Source: Treponemataceae bacterium (GTDB lineage Bacteria > Spirochaetota > Spirochaetia > Treponematales > Rectinemataceae). Taken from it: DNA of 64,000 bases. Each line of letters opens with the position of its first letter. Positions within the stretch are counted from its first letter, which is position 1. The stretch is taken from NCBI GenBank assembly GCA_963677895.2, contig CAXXGJ010000025.1, positions 160,001 to 224,000 on the forward strand, given 5' to 3'. Below are positions 18,181 to 27,809 of the stretch, in pieces. Made by a program: the position numbers and the translations under genes. The notes under the pieces were generated by a model. It was not told the DNA's origin. It made no database searches and was given only the letters and a program-made list of their open reading frames with translations.

Positions 18181-20025
18181 ATGGAATACCAGAAACGCAC
18201 GGTCACCTGCGGCGATCTTAACGCCGCCGACATCGGCAAAACAGTGGTGCTGAACGGATGGGTCCATCGCAAGCGCGATCACGGTGGGATCTCCTTCATC
18301 AACCTTCGCGACCGCTATGGCATCACGCAGGTAGTCGTCGACGATGACGCCTCGGCCGACCTCCTCGCGGCGGCGGCCGAACTCAAGAGCGAATACTGCG
18401 TCGCCATCCGCGGCACGGTGCGCGGCAGACCCGAATCCATGGTCAATCCGGACATGACAACCGGCGCGATCGAGGTAAAGGCCGACAACATCATCATATT
18501 ATCCAAATGCGCCACCCTTCCCTTCCAGATCGACGAGAAGAGCGACGCCAAGGAAGATACGCGCCTCACCTACCGCTACCTCGACTTGCGCTCCTTTTCC
18601 ATGCAGAAGAAACTGAAGTTGAGGCACGAGACCGCCTTCGCCGTCCGCGAATATCTGGTCGGCCAGGGTTTCTACGAGATCGAGACGCCCACCTTCATCA
18701 GATCGACTCCCGAGGGCGCGCGCGACTACCTCGTCCCATCTCGTCTCTATCCAGGCAAATTCTACGCCCTGCCCCAGTCGCCCCAGCTCTACAAGCAGAT
18801 CCTGATGGTGTCGGGCTTCGACAAATACTTCCAGCTCGCGCGCTGCTACCGCGACGAGGACGCCCGCGGCGACCGCCAGCCCGAGTTTACCCAGATCGAT
18901 ATCGAGATGTCTTTCGTCAAGCGCGACGACATTCTCGCCATGTGCGAAGGCCTCATGGGTTACGTTTTCAAGAAGACCCTCGGCGTCGAGCTGCCGGCGC
19001 GGTTCGTGCGCATCGCCTACGACGATTCCATCGACCGCTTCGGCTCGGACAAGCCTGACCTTCGCTTCGGTATGGAGATGCGGGATTTTGCCCCTTACGT
19101 CGAAGCCTGCTCGTTCCAGGCCTTCAAGGAAGCCCTCGCGGCCGGCGGCAAGGTCAAAGCCCTCGTCGTGCCCGGCAAGGCCGACTACTCGCGCAAGCAG
19201 ATCGAGGAACTGGAAGCCCAGGCCAAGATCTACAAGGCCAAGGGCATGGCGTGGATGAAAGTAGCGTCGCCAGCGCCTTCCGGCACTGGCGGCACGGAAG
19301 CTTCTAGCGAAGCTTCCGCGTTTGACCGGTCTGCTCGTCTCGAAGGTGGAGCCTCGAAATTCTTCGCCGCCAACGCCTCCGCCGTGGTGGAAGGCCTGGG
19401 CGCCAAGCCCGGCGATCTCATCCTCCTCGTGGCCGACGCGAAAGCCAAGGTCGCTTGCGTGTCCCTGGGCGCCGTGCGCTCCAAACTGGGACGCGATCTC
19501 GGCCTTCTCGATCCTTCCGTCTTCAAGTTCGCCTGGATCGTCGACTTCCCCATGTTCGAATGGAATGAGGAAGAGAACAAGTGGGACGCAGCCCACCACA
19601 TGTTCACGATGCCCCAGGCACAGTACCACGCGACCCTCGAATCCGATCCCGGCGCCGTCAAAGGCGATCTCTACGACCTCGTCCTCAACGGCTTCGAAAT
19701 CGCCTCGGGTTCCATCCGAATCCACGATCCCGACCTGCAGAACCGCATTTTCAAGATCGTCGGATTTACCGCGGAAGAAGCGCAGAAAAAGTTCGGATTC
19801 CTCGTCGATGCCTTCAAGTACGGCCCCCCGCCCCATGGCGGCATAGCCCCCGGCTTCGACAGGCTCGTCATGCTGATGGCCGGCGAAACTTCCATAAAGG
19901 AAGTGATCGCCTTCCCGAAGAACACCTTCGCCGTCAGTCCGATGGACCAGTGCCCGAACGAAGTGGACGAAAAACAGCTCAAGGAGATACACATCCGCAT
20001 CGTCCCGAAGGAAGAGAAACAATAG
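18181..20025 (+). CDS. aspS: Aspartate--tRNA ligase
   Basis: RDHGG, YRYLDLR, TPEGARDY, LPQSPQ, RQPEFTQIDIE, GSIRIH, PPHGGIAPG. Confidence 0.97.
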   Translation: MEYQKRTVTCGDLNAADIGKTVVLNGWVHRKRDHGGISFINLRDRYGITQVVVDDDASADLLAAAAELKSEYCVAIRGTVRGRPESMVNPDMTTGAIEVKADNIIILSKCATLPFQIDEKSDAKEDTRLTYRYLDLRSFSMQKKLKLRHETAFAVREYLVGQGFYEIETPTFIRSTPEGARDYLVPSRLYPGKFYALPQSPQLYKQILMVSGFDKYFQLARCYRDEDARGDRQPEFTQIDIEMSFVKRDDILAMCEGLMGYVFKKTLGVELPARFVRIAYDDSIDRFGSDKPDLRFGMEMRDFAPYVEACSFQAFKEALAAGGKVKALVVPGKADYSRKQIEELEAQAKIYKAKGMAWMKVASPAPSGTGGTEASSEASAFDRSARLEGGASKFFAANASAVVEGLGAKPGDLILLVADAKAKVACVSLGAVRSKLGRDLGLLDPSVFKFAWIVDFPMFEWNEEENKWDAAHHMFTMPQAQYHATLESDPGAVKGDLYDLVLNGFEIASGSIRIHDPDLQNRIFKIVGFTAEEAQKKFGFLVDAFKYGPPPHGGIAPGFDRLVMLMAGETSIKEVIAFPKNTFAVSPMDQCPNEVDEKQLKEIHIRIVPKEEKQ

Positions 20026-20062
20026 GTTTGTTTTTATATATACTATTTACACTATAAACTCT

Positions 20063-20090
20063 TTGCAAAACCGAAAGGCGGTGCTATAAT
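20063..20090 (+). promoter_or_regulatory. Extended -10 promoter of the cytochrome gene
   Basis: TTGCAA...TGc-TATAAT; GGAGG RBS before the ATG at 20156. Confidence 0.6.
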
Positions 20091-20155
20091 TTCCGCGTTC
20101 CCCGAACGCATCAGCGCTCAAATCATCAATGTAGCCTTTTGACCTGGAGGTTGAA

Positions 20156-20974
20156 ATGTCCGATTCCGAAAAGACACTCGACAAAGAAGTTTCCCGCCGA
20201 AGCTTTCTGAAAACCGTTGGCTCCGGCATCGGGCTCGCGGCCGGAGCCCTCGTGCTCGGCACCGGCAAACTCGGCGCCCAGACCCCCGCGCCTGCGGGAG
20301 CCGTCGCGGAAAGTCCCTTCCCCTATGCCGAGCTCGATCCCGAGGAATCCTTTCTCAGAGGTCATGCCGGATACTATAAAGCGGGCTGCGCCTATGGCGC
20401 TTTTTACGCCGTTCTCTCGCTGATGAGGGAAAAAGTAGGCGGCCCCTACAACCAGGTTCCCCTTCGCATGCTCCGCTTCGGCGGCGCCGGCATCGCCGGC
20501 TGGGGCACGATCTGCGGAGCGCTCAACGGCTCCTGCGCCGCGATCGCCCTCACCGTTCCCGACGCCGATATCTCTAAAGTGTGCAACGAGCTTCTCGGCT
20601 GGTACACGAAGTATCCCTTCCCCAGCGCCAAATCGAACGCCCTGGCCGCTTCCGGCGGCTTCAAGTATTCCCCGGCCACCCATCCCAAGCTGAGCCTCGT
20701 GACCTCGGTTTCCGATTCCCCGCTCTGCCACGCCTCCAACGCCAAGTGGATCGCCGAATCGGGCTATGGACTCTCCACGCCCGAGCGCAAGGAACGCTGC
20801 GCCCGCCTCACCGCCGACGTGGCGGAAAAGACCGTCGAACTGCTCAACGCCTACAAGGCGGGCAAGTTCGCGCCCATCTTCAAGATCGACGAGGAAACGG
20901 CCAACTGCCTGTCCTGCCATGCCGACGACCAGGAAGGGAAGATGGCGTGCACGACTTGCCACGACCCTCACTGA
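20156..20974 (+). CDS. Tat-exported split-Soret-type diheme cytochrome c (C-GCAxxG-C-C family)
   Basis: SRRSFLK twin-Arg signal; GCAYG, GWGTICGALNG, PLCHAS, ERCARL; C-terminal CLSCH and CTTCH. Confidence 0.85.
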   Translation: MSDSEKTLDKEVSRRSFLKTVGSGIGLAAGALVLGTGKLGAQTPAPAGAVAESPFPYAELDPEESFLRGHAGYYKAGCAYGAFYAVLSLMREKVGGPYNQVPLRMLRFGGAGIAGWGTICGALNGSCAAIALTVPDADISKVCNELLGWYTKYPFPSAKSNALAASGGFKYSPATHPKLSLVTSVSDSPLCHASNAKWIAESGYGLSTPERKERCARLTADVAEKTVELLNAYKAGKFAPIFKIDEETANCLSCHADDQEGKMACTTCHDPH

Positions 20975-21025
20975 TCGATAGTATTTGCCGCTAGAGAAGC
21001 CGCCCTTGGGCTGCCGAAAAAAATG

Positions 21026-21052
21026 AGGGCGGGGGTCCACCCCCGCCCTTTT
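21026..21052 (+). terminator. Terminator hairpin after the cytochrome gene
   Basis: AGGGCGGGGG-TCCA-CCCCCGCCCT-TTT, with an A-run upstream. Confidence 0.75.
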
Positions 21053-21069
21053 CATATCTTGGGAGCATC

Positions 21070-22035
21070 ATGAAAAGATTTTCGGATACGGTCTACGACG
21101 CGCTGCGATCGGTGAAGCTCGCGACGGCGCTTATCATCCTCATCACCGTTTTCGCGGTGGCCGGCGGCATCATTCCGCAAGGCAGGGATGAAGCCTTCTA
21201 TCTCCACAAGTTTCCCGGCGCTCCCGCCCGGATCATCCTGGCTCTCGGACTCGACGGAATATTTTCCGGCATACCCTTCCTCCTCCTCGCGACGCTTTTC
21301 ACCACGAACCTTACCGTCTGCAGCTTTCACCGCTTCACCAAGGAGCTGAAAAAGCCGCGCGGAAACAGACGCCACGGACCCGACATCCTCCATATCGGTC
21401 TTCTCGTTTTCATTTTCGGCGGGCTTCTTACCGCGAGGACGAGATCAGAAACCCTCATCTACCTCGGCAAGGGACAGGAAGCCCGGCTCCCCGAAGGTTC
21501 CAGCATCGCGCTGATGGATCTTCGGGAGGAACGTTATCCCGACGGAAGACCGAAATCCTGGGAGTCCGACATTTCCATCGACGGGAAAGAAAGCACCATA
21601 AAAGTGAACAGCCCCCTGCGCTACAAAGGGTACACCATCTATCAGCAGGACTGGAAATCCGCGCAGCGCGCCGTCTTCGAGGACGCGGCGGGCATGAGGC
21701 TCAGCCTCGACCAGGGAGCCAAGGCCAAGATGGCCGAAGGTTCCATTTTCTTCATGACCATCGAAAAAAGCGCGCCCACGGAAATCGGGACAGATGAATA
21801 CGCCAACGCCGAAGCGGTCTTCCTTCTGGAAAATGACGCCGGTCGAAAGATCCTCAGGGCCAGGAAAGGCGACGCTATCGGACTCTTCACCTTCGCGGGA
21901 TTCGAGAAGGAGTCCATCTCGGGACTCAAGATCGTCCGCGACAAAGGCTTTCCCCTCGTCGCCGCCGGCCTCTTCCTGGTCGTTCTGGGTACTTTTCTCA
22001 CCTATATCCGTAAACTAAAAGGAATGCTCGCATGA
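21070..22035 (+). CDS. resB: Cytochrome c biogenesis protein ResB/Ccs1 (System II)
   Basis: LRSVKLA..GGIIPQ, TM His (ILHIG), IKVNSPLRYKGYTIYQ, SGLKIVRDKG. Confidence 0.85.
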   Translation: MKRFSDTVYDALRSVKLATALIILITVFAVAGGIIPQGRDEAFYLHKFPGAPARIILALGLDGIFSGIPFLLLATLFTTNLTVCSFHRFTKELKKPRGNRRHGPDILHIGLLVFIFGGLLTARTRSETLIYLGKGQEARLPEGSSIALMDLREERYPDGRPKSWESDISIDGKESTIKVNSPLRYKGYTIYQQDWKSAQRAVFEDAAGMRLSLDQGAKAKMAEGSIFFMTIEKSAPTEIGTDEYANAEAVFLLENDAGRKILRARKGDAIGLFTFAGFEKESISGLKIVRDKGFPLVAAGLFLVVLGTFLTYIRKLKGMLA

Positions 22036-22817
22036 TATCAACCATCTCCTTCGCCCTGCTTCTCGTCAGCCTGACCGTCCAGGCGATCTATCTTTTCCGA
22101 AAGGATGGAGCCAAGGATCCCGTTTCGCACTGGCTCGCGCTGGGGTCAGGCTCCCTTCTCCTCGTGGAAATCATCAGACGGAGCGTCGCCATACGTTTCA
22201 TCGCGCTGACAGGCATGTTCGAGTCGCTGGTCTTCATCGCGTGCCTCGTTTCCATCCTTGTCTTCGCGCTGCGGTATCTCAGAAGCCTGCGTGCCGAGAG
22301 AGCCATCGCTTTCGGGGCCACGGCCCTGGCGGTCGTCTTCCTCGCGCTTGCCAGTTCACCGCTCGCCCCCGCCGATATTAAGCCGCCCGTCCCGGCGCTC
22401 CAGTCGGGATGGCTCATCCTCCACGTATCGTTTACCTTCATCGGGGAAGTGTTCTTCGCGGCGGGATTCGTGAGCGCCGTACTCCAGCTCACGACCGGAA
22501 ACGAGGAAAAGCGCAAGAATTACGACAGGCTGGCTTATACGAGCATCGCCATCGGCTACCCCATCTTCACGGCGGGAGCCCTGGTATTCGGAGCCGTCTG
22601 GGCGCAGAAAGCATGGGGAATATGGTGGAGCTGGGATCCCAAGGAAACCTGGGCCCTGATAACCTGGCTGACCTACACGGCGTACCTGCATTTCAGGCTC
22701 GTGCGCAAGAATACCAGCAAGGTGATGCCCATCCTGGTGATCGCGGGATTCCTCATCGCGATGTTCACCTTCTTCGGGGTCAACTTCCTGCTCTCCGGCC
22801 TGCACAGCTACGCCTGA
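22032..22817 (+). CDS. ccsA: Cytochrome c synthase CcsA/ResC (System II)
   Basis: PALQSGWLILHV, GAVWA..AWG.WWSWDPKETW, AYLH, GLHSYA. Confidence 0.93.
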   Translation: MISTISFALLLVSLTVQAIYLFRKDGAKDPVSHWLALGSGSLLLVEIIRRSVAIRFIALTGMFESLVFIACLVSILVFALRYLRSLRAERAIAFGATALAVVFLALASSPLAPADIKPPVPALQSGWLILHVSFTFIGEVFFAAGFVSAVLQLTTGNEEKRKNYDRLAYTSIAIGYPIFTAGALVFGAVWAQKAWGIWWSWDPKETWALITWLTYTAYLHFRLVRKNTSKVMPILVIAGFLIAMFTFFGVNFLLSGLHSYA

Positions 22818-22829
22818 AGCAGAATATCC

Positions 22830-24143
22830 TTATTCGGGCAGTTCCTCGATCACCTTCCAGCGGCCTTCGGAATATTTGAAACGCTCGGCTTTCATGTCCA
22901 GGACGCGGCCGTCCTCGCCCGCCATCTTGACCGTGCCCGAGAGGGCATTCACTTCCACGACCTTGAAAAGCGTCCCGTCGTAGATGAACTTGACGCCCTC
23001 CTGGGGCAATTCGCGCCTCGCATCCTTGTAGAATTGGAATTCATAGCTCAAGCAGCAGAGGAGGCGGCCGCAGGGACCGGATATTTTGAGAGAGTTGAGC
23101 GAAAGATTCTGGTCCTTCGCCATCTTGATCGACACGGGATTGAGCCGGTCCGAGATGCCATGGCAGCAAAGAACGCGACCGCAGACGCCGCAGCCTCCCG
23201 TGACTCTCGCCTCGTCGCGGACGCCGATCTGGCGCAGCTCGATGCGCATCTTGAAGAGCGACACGAGATCCTTGACCAATTCCCTGAAATCGACGCGGGA
23301 CTCGGCGGTGAAATAGAAGAGAATTTTGGGTTCGTCGAGGAGATAATGGGCCGAGACAAGCTTCATAGGAAGGTTGCGCGCCCATATCTTGTCCCTGCAG
23401 AGCTCGTAGGCGTGCTTTTCCTTTTCCTTGTTGTCCTTGAGTTTGCGGAGATCGTCGATCCCGGCGGGCCGCTCGATGAGAACGATTTCGTCGGGATTGA
23501 TGAAGGCGGTATCGGTCGCCAAGCCCTGGACTTCGACCACATCTCTACCGTATTTCGTCGGCGCGATCACGAAAGCCCTGGCAGGGATACGCGGAACGGC
23601 TTTCGGCGCGACTTCTGGCAAGATGACCGCTGCGGCCTCTGGCGACACCTCCGGTTCGACCTCCGGTATGACCGCCGGTTTAACATCCGGTCCGGCTTCC
23701 TGGACGACTTCCGATATGGCTACCGTGGAAGCTTCGGCAGGAGCTTCAGCAGGAGCTTCCGCGGTAGTTTCCGCAAAAACCTCCGCTGAAGCTACCGCCG
23801 GACCCGGTTCCGGGTCGGCAAGCGTCTCGCCGGCATCCTGAGCCGGAACCTCATCGCTTTTCAGGCCATCCGAACCCGTGGCAAAGGGACCCTCGAGCAT
23901 CGCCTCGAGTTCGCGCTCCGTGCGGAAATGCGGCCACTCCGTTCCCGATGGAATATAATAGCCGTAGGAAGTCTCGCTGGAATGAATGGTCTTCAGCCTA
24001 TAGAGAATTTCCGGCAACTCGTCCAGGCTTTTGGCGCGGATTCTGGGAGCGGCTTCCTGCATCTCGGATTCGAGCATCTCGAAGTCTTCCGCGTGCCCGT
24101 TATTATTATTGTTAGTATGGTTGCCATTATGATGATTGGACAT
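22830..24143 (-). CDS. ricT: RicT/YaaT (PSP1) protein with a long acidic low-complexity N-terminal region
   Basis: RVDFRELVKDL, RIELRQIGVRDEA, GCGVCGRVLCC, KMAKDQNLSLN..KISGPCGRLLCCL. Confidence 0.9.
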   Translation of the reverse strand: MSNHHNGNHTNNNNNGHAEDFEMLESEMQEAAPRIRAKSLDELPEILYRLKTIHSSETSYGYYIPSGTEWPHFRTERELEAMLEGPFATGSDGLKSDEVPAQDAGETLADPEPGPAVASAEVFAETTAEAPAEAPAEASTVAISEVVQEAGPDVKPAVIPEVEPEVSPEAAAVILPEVAPKAVPRIPARAFVIAPTKYGRDVVEVQGLATDTAFINPDEIVLIERPAGIDDLRKLKDNKEKEKHAYELCRDKIWARNLPMKLVSAHYLLDEPKILFYFTAESRVDFRELVKDLVSLFKMRIELRQIGVRDEARVTGGCGVCGRVLCCHGISDRLNPVSIKMAKDQNLSLNSLKISGPCGRLLCCLSYEFQFYKDARRELPQEGVKFIYDGTLFKVVEVNALSGTVKMAGEDGRVLDMKAERFKYSEGRWKVIEELPE

Positions 24144-24249
24144 AAATTCGTCTCCTTGGGATCCATGGCGAAACGTCGATGCCATAGTATAAGCGCCACC
24201 ATAGTATCATGAAAATTCGGGAATTAAAACCGCGCCGGAAACAGGCGCT

Positions 24250-24639
24250 TTACCCGGCGTTTTCCGGATCGACGGCGCCCAGGACGCTGCCCAGAAAGAG
24301 CGCTCCGTCTTCCAGCACAAAGCCGGGCGATTGTACGTCGGCTTTGACTTGGGCGGTGGAAGCCAGGCGGACCGATTTTCTCCCTTTGATCAAACCGGAG
24401 ACCTTTCCCGCAACGATGATATCATCCGCCTCGATCTCGGCCTCCGCCTTGGCGCCTTCGGCGATCACCAGGGTTCCGGTGGCGGAGAGCTTCCCGGCGC
24501 ATTCGCCTTCGAGGCGGAGAAGGCCTACGCAGGAGAGGGTTCCCTCGAGCCGGGAACCTTTCCCGATTACGCAGGCGGAAATGCCGGATTTACCGGCTAA
24601 AACGACTGTCTTGACCTTTTTCGATGTATTTTTTTTCAT
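24250..24639 (-). CDS. Bactofilin (polymer-forming cytoskeletal protein)
   Basis: VIGKGSRLEGTL..LRLEG..G.L..LVIAEGA beta-helix pattern. Confidence 0.88.
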   Translation of the reverse strand: MKKNTSKKVKTVVLAGKSGISACVIGKGSRLEGTLSCVGLLRLEGECAGKLSATGTLVIAEGAKAEAEIEADDIIVAGKVSGLIKGRKSVRLASTAQVKADVQSPGFVLEDGALFLGSVLGAVDPENAG

Positions 24640-25682
24640 GGAGTCCCTGCCTTTTTGACATTCAGGAAACGCAAGGGATCGATGACACTCGTCCCCAGAT
24701 GCACCTCGTAATGAAGATGCGGTCCCGTGGTCTTGCCGGTGTTCCCCAAGGTGCCCAAGACCTGTCCCTGCTCAACTTGTTGACCCTTTCTCACCTTGAA
24801 GGAACGCAGGTGGCCGTATCGCGTAAGGAAACCATGACTATGCTGTATCGTGACGCAGTTCCCAAGCCCCGCGTCGTAGCTGGCGTCGATTACCTTGCCG
24901 TCGGCCGTGGCTATGATGGGATCGCCGACCCTGAACGTCGATATGTCGATGCCGTTGTGGAGGTACCATTGTCCGCCGGAAAAAGGATTCTCGTTCTGCC
25001 CGAAGTACATGGAGATATGGCCGATGCCGCTCTGAATGGGCCAAATATTGGGAATCTCGGACATGATCTCCTTTTGACCGGCGATGACCGTCGCGATCTG
25101 CTCGAGGCCGGGCGCCGCCGAATCGAGATAGTCGGCCAGACCCCGCAGCCGCTCCAGCTCCCTGTACGCCAGCCCGCCCGAATCGGGCATGTTGAGAAGT
25201 CCCGAGAGGCCGGCGGCGCGAAGGGCATCCTCGCCCGAAAGATCCGCGCCCGGCTGCCCCTTCTTGCGCGCGGCGATCGACAAGAGCTCGGAAAGCCGCG
25301 TCTCAAACCTGAGCGCGGAACCCGTCAGAGCCTCGGCGCTGTCCCGGAGTTCGTCGATCGCCGCGCGGGACAGGGCCAGCTCGTGTTTCGCGCTCTCCAG
25401 CATCGCGACAGCGGCGAGATACCGCCCCGTCGCGAAAACGGAGAAGCCGACCAGCAGCAAAAAGGCCAGGCCTGCCAGCCCGAGGATAAAGCGGCTCGCC
25501 TGGAAGCGCTTCGACGCGGCTTCGGCATGAGGCATGACGATTATGCTCGTCCTCTGCCTCGCCCAAGCCAAAAAGCGTCGGGGAAAATTGATGAATGCCT
25601 TGAAGAATGCCTTGGTGCCGGCCACAAGCCTCGCGTAGAAGATTTTTTCCTGTTTCTTGATCTCGCGCAGGCCCTCGAGCAC
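24636..25682 (-). CDS. M23 family metallopeptidase
   Basis: N-terminal TM and coiled coil, IPNIWP, HNGID, TRYGHL, TGPHLHYEV. Confidence 0.9.
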   Translation of the reverse strand: MLEGLREIKKQEKIFYARLVAGTKAFFKAFINFPRRFLAWARQRTSIIVMPHAEAASKRFQASRFILGLAGLAFLLLVGFSVFATGRYLAAVAMLESAKHELALSRAAIDELRDSAEALTGSALRFETRLSELLSIAARKKGQPGADLSGEDALRAAGLSGLLNMPDSGGLAYRELERLRGLADYLDSAAPGLEQIATVIAGQKEIMSEIPNIWPIQSGIGHISMYFGQNENPFSGGQWYLHNGIDISTFRVGDPIIATADGKVIDASYDAGLGNCVTIQHSHGFLTRYGHLRSFKVRKGQQVEQGQVLGTLGNTGKTTGPHLHYEVHLGTSVIDPLRFLNVKKAGTP

Positions 25683-25850
25683 TCGCCTCTCCTTGTTTCA
25701 CCCCTGTAAAGTGCCTGTACTCTATCACCCGCCCGGAGAAAATGTCAAACCGCGGCCCCAAATACAGGCTCCACGGCATTTATCAAAGCGGGAAAATTTA
25801 GTATATTTACGTCACACGCTTTACACTACCCTATCTCCGGAGAGGTCTGT

Positions 25851-27755
25851 ATGTCGAAATACGCATTTAAAACCGAAGTATCCCAACTTCTCGAACTCAT
25901 CACCCATTCGCTTTACTCGCACAAGGAAATTTTCCTGCGCGAGCTCGTCTCCAACGCCTCCGACGCCATAGACAAGCTCCGCTACCTGAGCATCTCGGAC
26001 GACGCCTACAAGTCCATTTCGGTCGATCCCAAGATCACCATTTTCGTCGATAACGATGCCAAGACCATCGTCGTGTCCGACAACGGCGTCGGCATGAACG
26101 AGGAAGAGCTGGCGGGCAACCTGGGCACCATAGCCCGTTCCGGCACGAAGGCTTTCATCGAAAAACTCTCCGATACCGAACGCAGGAACTCGAACCTCAT
26201 CGGCCAGTTCGGCGTCGGTTTCTACTCCGTCTTCATGATTTCGGACAATGTCGAAGTGATAAGCCGCAAGGCGGGCGGCGACGAAGCCTTTTGCTGGTCG
26301 AGCACGGGCAAGGGCGAATTCTCCATCGAACCCTCCAAGCGCGAAAGCTTCGGCACCGACGTCAAGATCCACGTAAACGAGGACGGCGGCGAATACTTGA
26401 GCCGCTGGGCTCTCGACGGCCTCCTCAAGAAGTACTCCAACCACATCGCCTACCCCATCCATCTCATTTCCCAGGAACCCAAGTACGACAAGGACGGCAA
26501 GGAAGAGGGCAAGGAATTCAAGGACGAGCAGACCAATACGGCGAGCGCCCTCTGGCGCAGGCCGAAGTCCGAGCTGGCCGACAAGGACTACATCGATTTC
26601 TACAAATCCTTTACGGGCGAGGACGACGAACCCCTCGTCTGGCTCCACACAAAGGCCGAGGGAACGATCGAGTACAATTCGCTCTTCTACATTCCCTCCA
26701 AGGTCCCCGGGGATCTGTACTACCCCGTCAGCCAGCAGGGTATCAAGCTCTACGTGCGGAGAGTCTTCATCAGCGACAAGGAAACGAACATCCTGCCCCA
26801 GTATCTGCGCTTCGTGCGCGGCGTCATCGATTCCGACGATCTGCCGCTCAACGTCAGCCGCGAGATTCTCCAGCAGAACCGGGTCATGACGACGATCCAG
26901 CAGGCTTCGCTCAAGAAAATCTTCTCCGAACTCGAATCCCTGGCCAAGAACAATCTCGAGAAATACCGCAAATTCGCCGATCTCTTCAACACCCAGATCA
27001 AGGAAGGCCTCTGCTCCGACTGGCAGAACCAGAAGACCCTCCTCGGTCTCGTACGCTACAAGAGCACGGGCGTCGAAGGCTGGACGAGCCTCGAAGAGTA
27101 CAAGGCGAGAGCCGGCGAGCGAAAAGTCATCTACTACATAACCGGCAACAATGAGGAACGCCTGCGCGCCAGCCCCCTCCTCGAGGCCTTCGCGGCCAAG
27201 GGCATCGAAGTTCTCGTCGGCTCGGACGAGATCGACGAGCTTGCCTTCGCCACCCTGGGCCAGTTCGACGGCATGTCATTCAAGAGCGTGAACCACGCCG
27301 ACAGCGACGAGGATCTTGGCACGGGCAAGGAAGGCGCCGGCGCGGCCCAGGACGAGGAAGTCGGAAAGAAAGCCGCCGAGGCCGCCAAACGCATTCTCGG
27401 CGAAAAGGTCAAGGATGTCCGCCTCTCGAAGCGCCTGGAGAAAAGCCCCTCCTGCGTCGTCATGGACAAGGACGATCCCACTCTCCAGTACCGTGAGCTG
27501 ATGAAGAGAATTTCCAACGTGGACATGCCCGAGTCGGCGCCCATCCTGGAGATCAATCCCGGACACGCCCTCGTGAGAAAGCTGGCCGAGCTCGAGGAAA
27601 AGCGCCTGGCGGCCCCGGAAGACGCCTCCATGGCGCAGGACGCCGAGGACATAGCGAACATTCTGCTCGACCAAGCGCTTCTCGCCGAGGGGCACAAGTT
27701 CATCAGGCCCGCCGAGTTCATCGAAAGGCTCAACCGCCAGCTGGCTAAGGCCTGA
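25851..27755 (+). CDS. htpG: Hsp90 chaperone HtpG
   Basis: SLYSHKEIFLRELVSNASDA, NLGTIARSGT, IGQFGVGFYS, LPLNVSREILQ. Confidence 0.97.
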   Translation: MSKYAFKTEVSQLLELITHSLYSHKEIFLRELVSNASDAIDKLRYLSISDDAYKSISVDPKITIFVDNDAKTIVVSDNGVGMNEEELAGNLGTIARSGTKAFIEKLSDTERRNSNLIGQFGVGFYSVFMISDNVEVISRKAGGDEAFCWSSTGKGEFSIEPSKRESFGTDVKIHVNEDGGEYLSRWALDGLLKKYSNHIAYPIHLISQEPKYDKDGKEEGKEFKDEQTNTASALWRRPKSELADKDYIDFYKSFTGEDDEPLVWLHTKAEGTIEYNSLFYIPSKVPGDLYYPVSQQGIKLYVRRVFISDKETNILPQYLRFVRGVIDSDDLPLNVSREILQQNRVMTTIQQASLKKIFSELESLAKNNLEKYRKFADLFNTQIKEGLCSDWQNQKTLLGLVRYKSTGVEGWTSLEEYKARAGERKVIYYITGNNEERLRASPLLEAFAAKGIEVLVGSDEIDELAFATLGQFDGMSFKSVNHADSDEDLGTGKEGAGAAQDEEVGKKAAEAAKRILGEKVKDVRLSKRLEKSPSCVVMDKDDPTLQYRELMKRISNVDMPESAPILEINPGHALVRKLAELEEKRLAAPEDASMAQDAEDIANILLDQALLAEGHKFIRPAEFIERLNRQLAKA

Positions 27756-27763
27756 AACGGCCG

Positions 27764-27794
27764 CGAGGGCGCCCGGCTTCGCCGGGCGCCCTCG
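27764..27794. other. Perfect 14-bp GC hairpin without a U-tract between htpG and rlmE
   Basis: CGAGGGCGCCCGGC-TTC-GCCGGGCGCCCTCG. Confidence 0.7.
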
Positions 27795-27809
27795 TCCCAA
27801 GGAAGTAGA

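Noticed and set aside
18181..18480. Calling AspRS non-discriminating
   Set aside because: His is present in RDHGG, but the second diagnostic position appears to be Ser rather than Gly or Lys, so it is undecidable by eye
20060..20090. GCAAAACC-GAAA-GG resembling a c-di-GMP-I riboswitch
   Set aside because: No second stem, and it coincides with the promoter so it would not be transcribed
23620..23810. Repeats in ricT as a CRISPR array or mobile palindrome
   Set aside because: Degenerate in-frame coding repeats without spacers; the symmetry comes from self-complementary Glu-Ala codons
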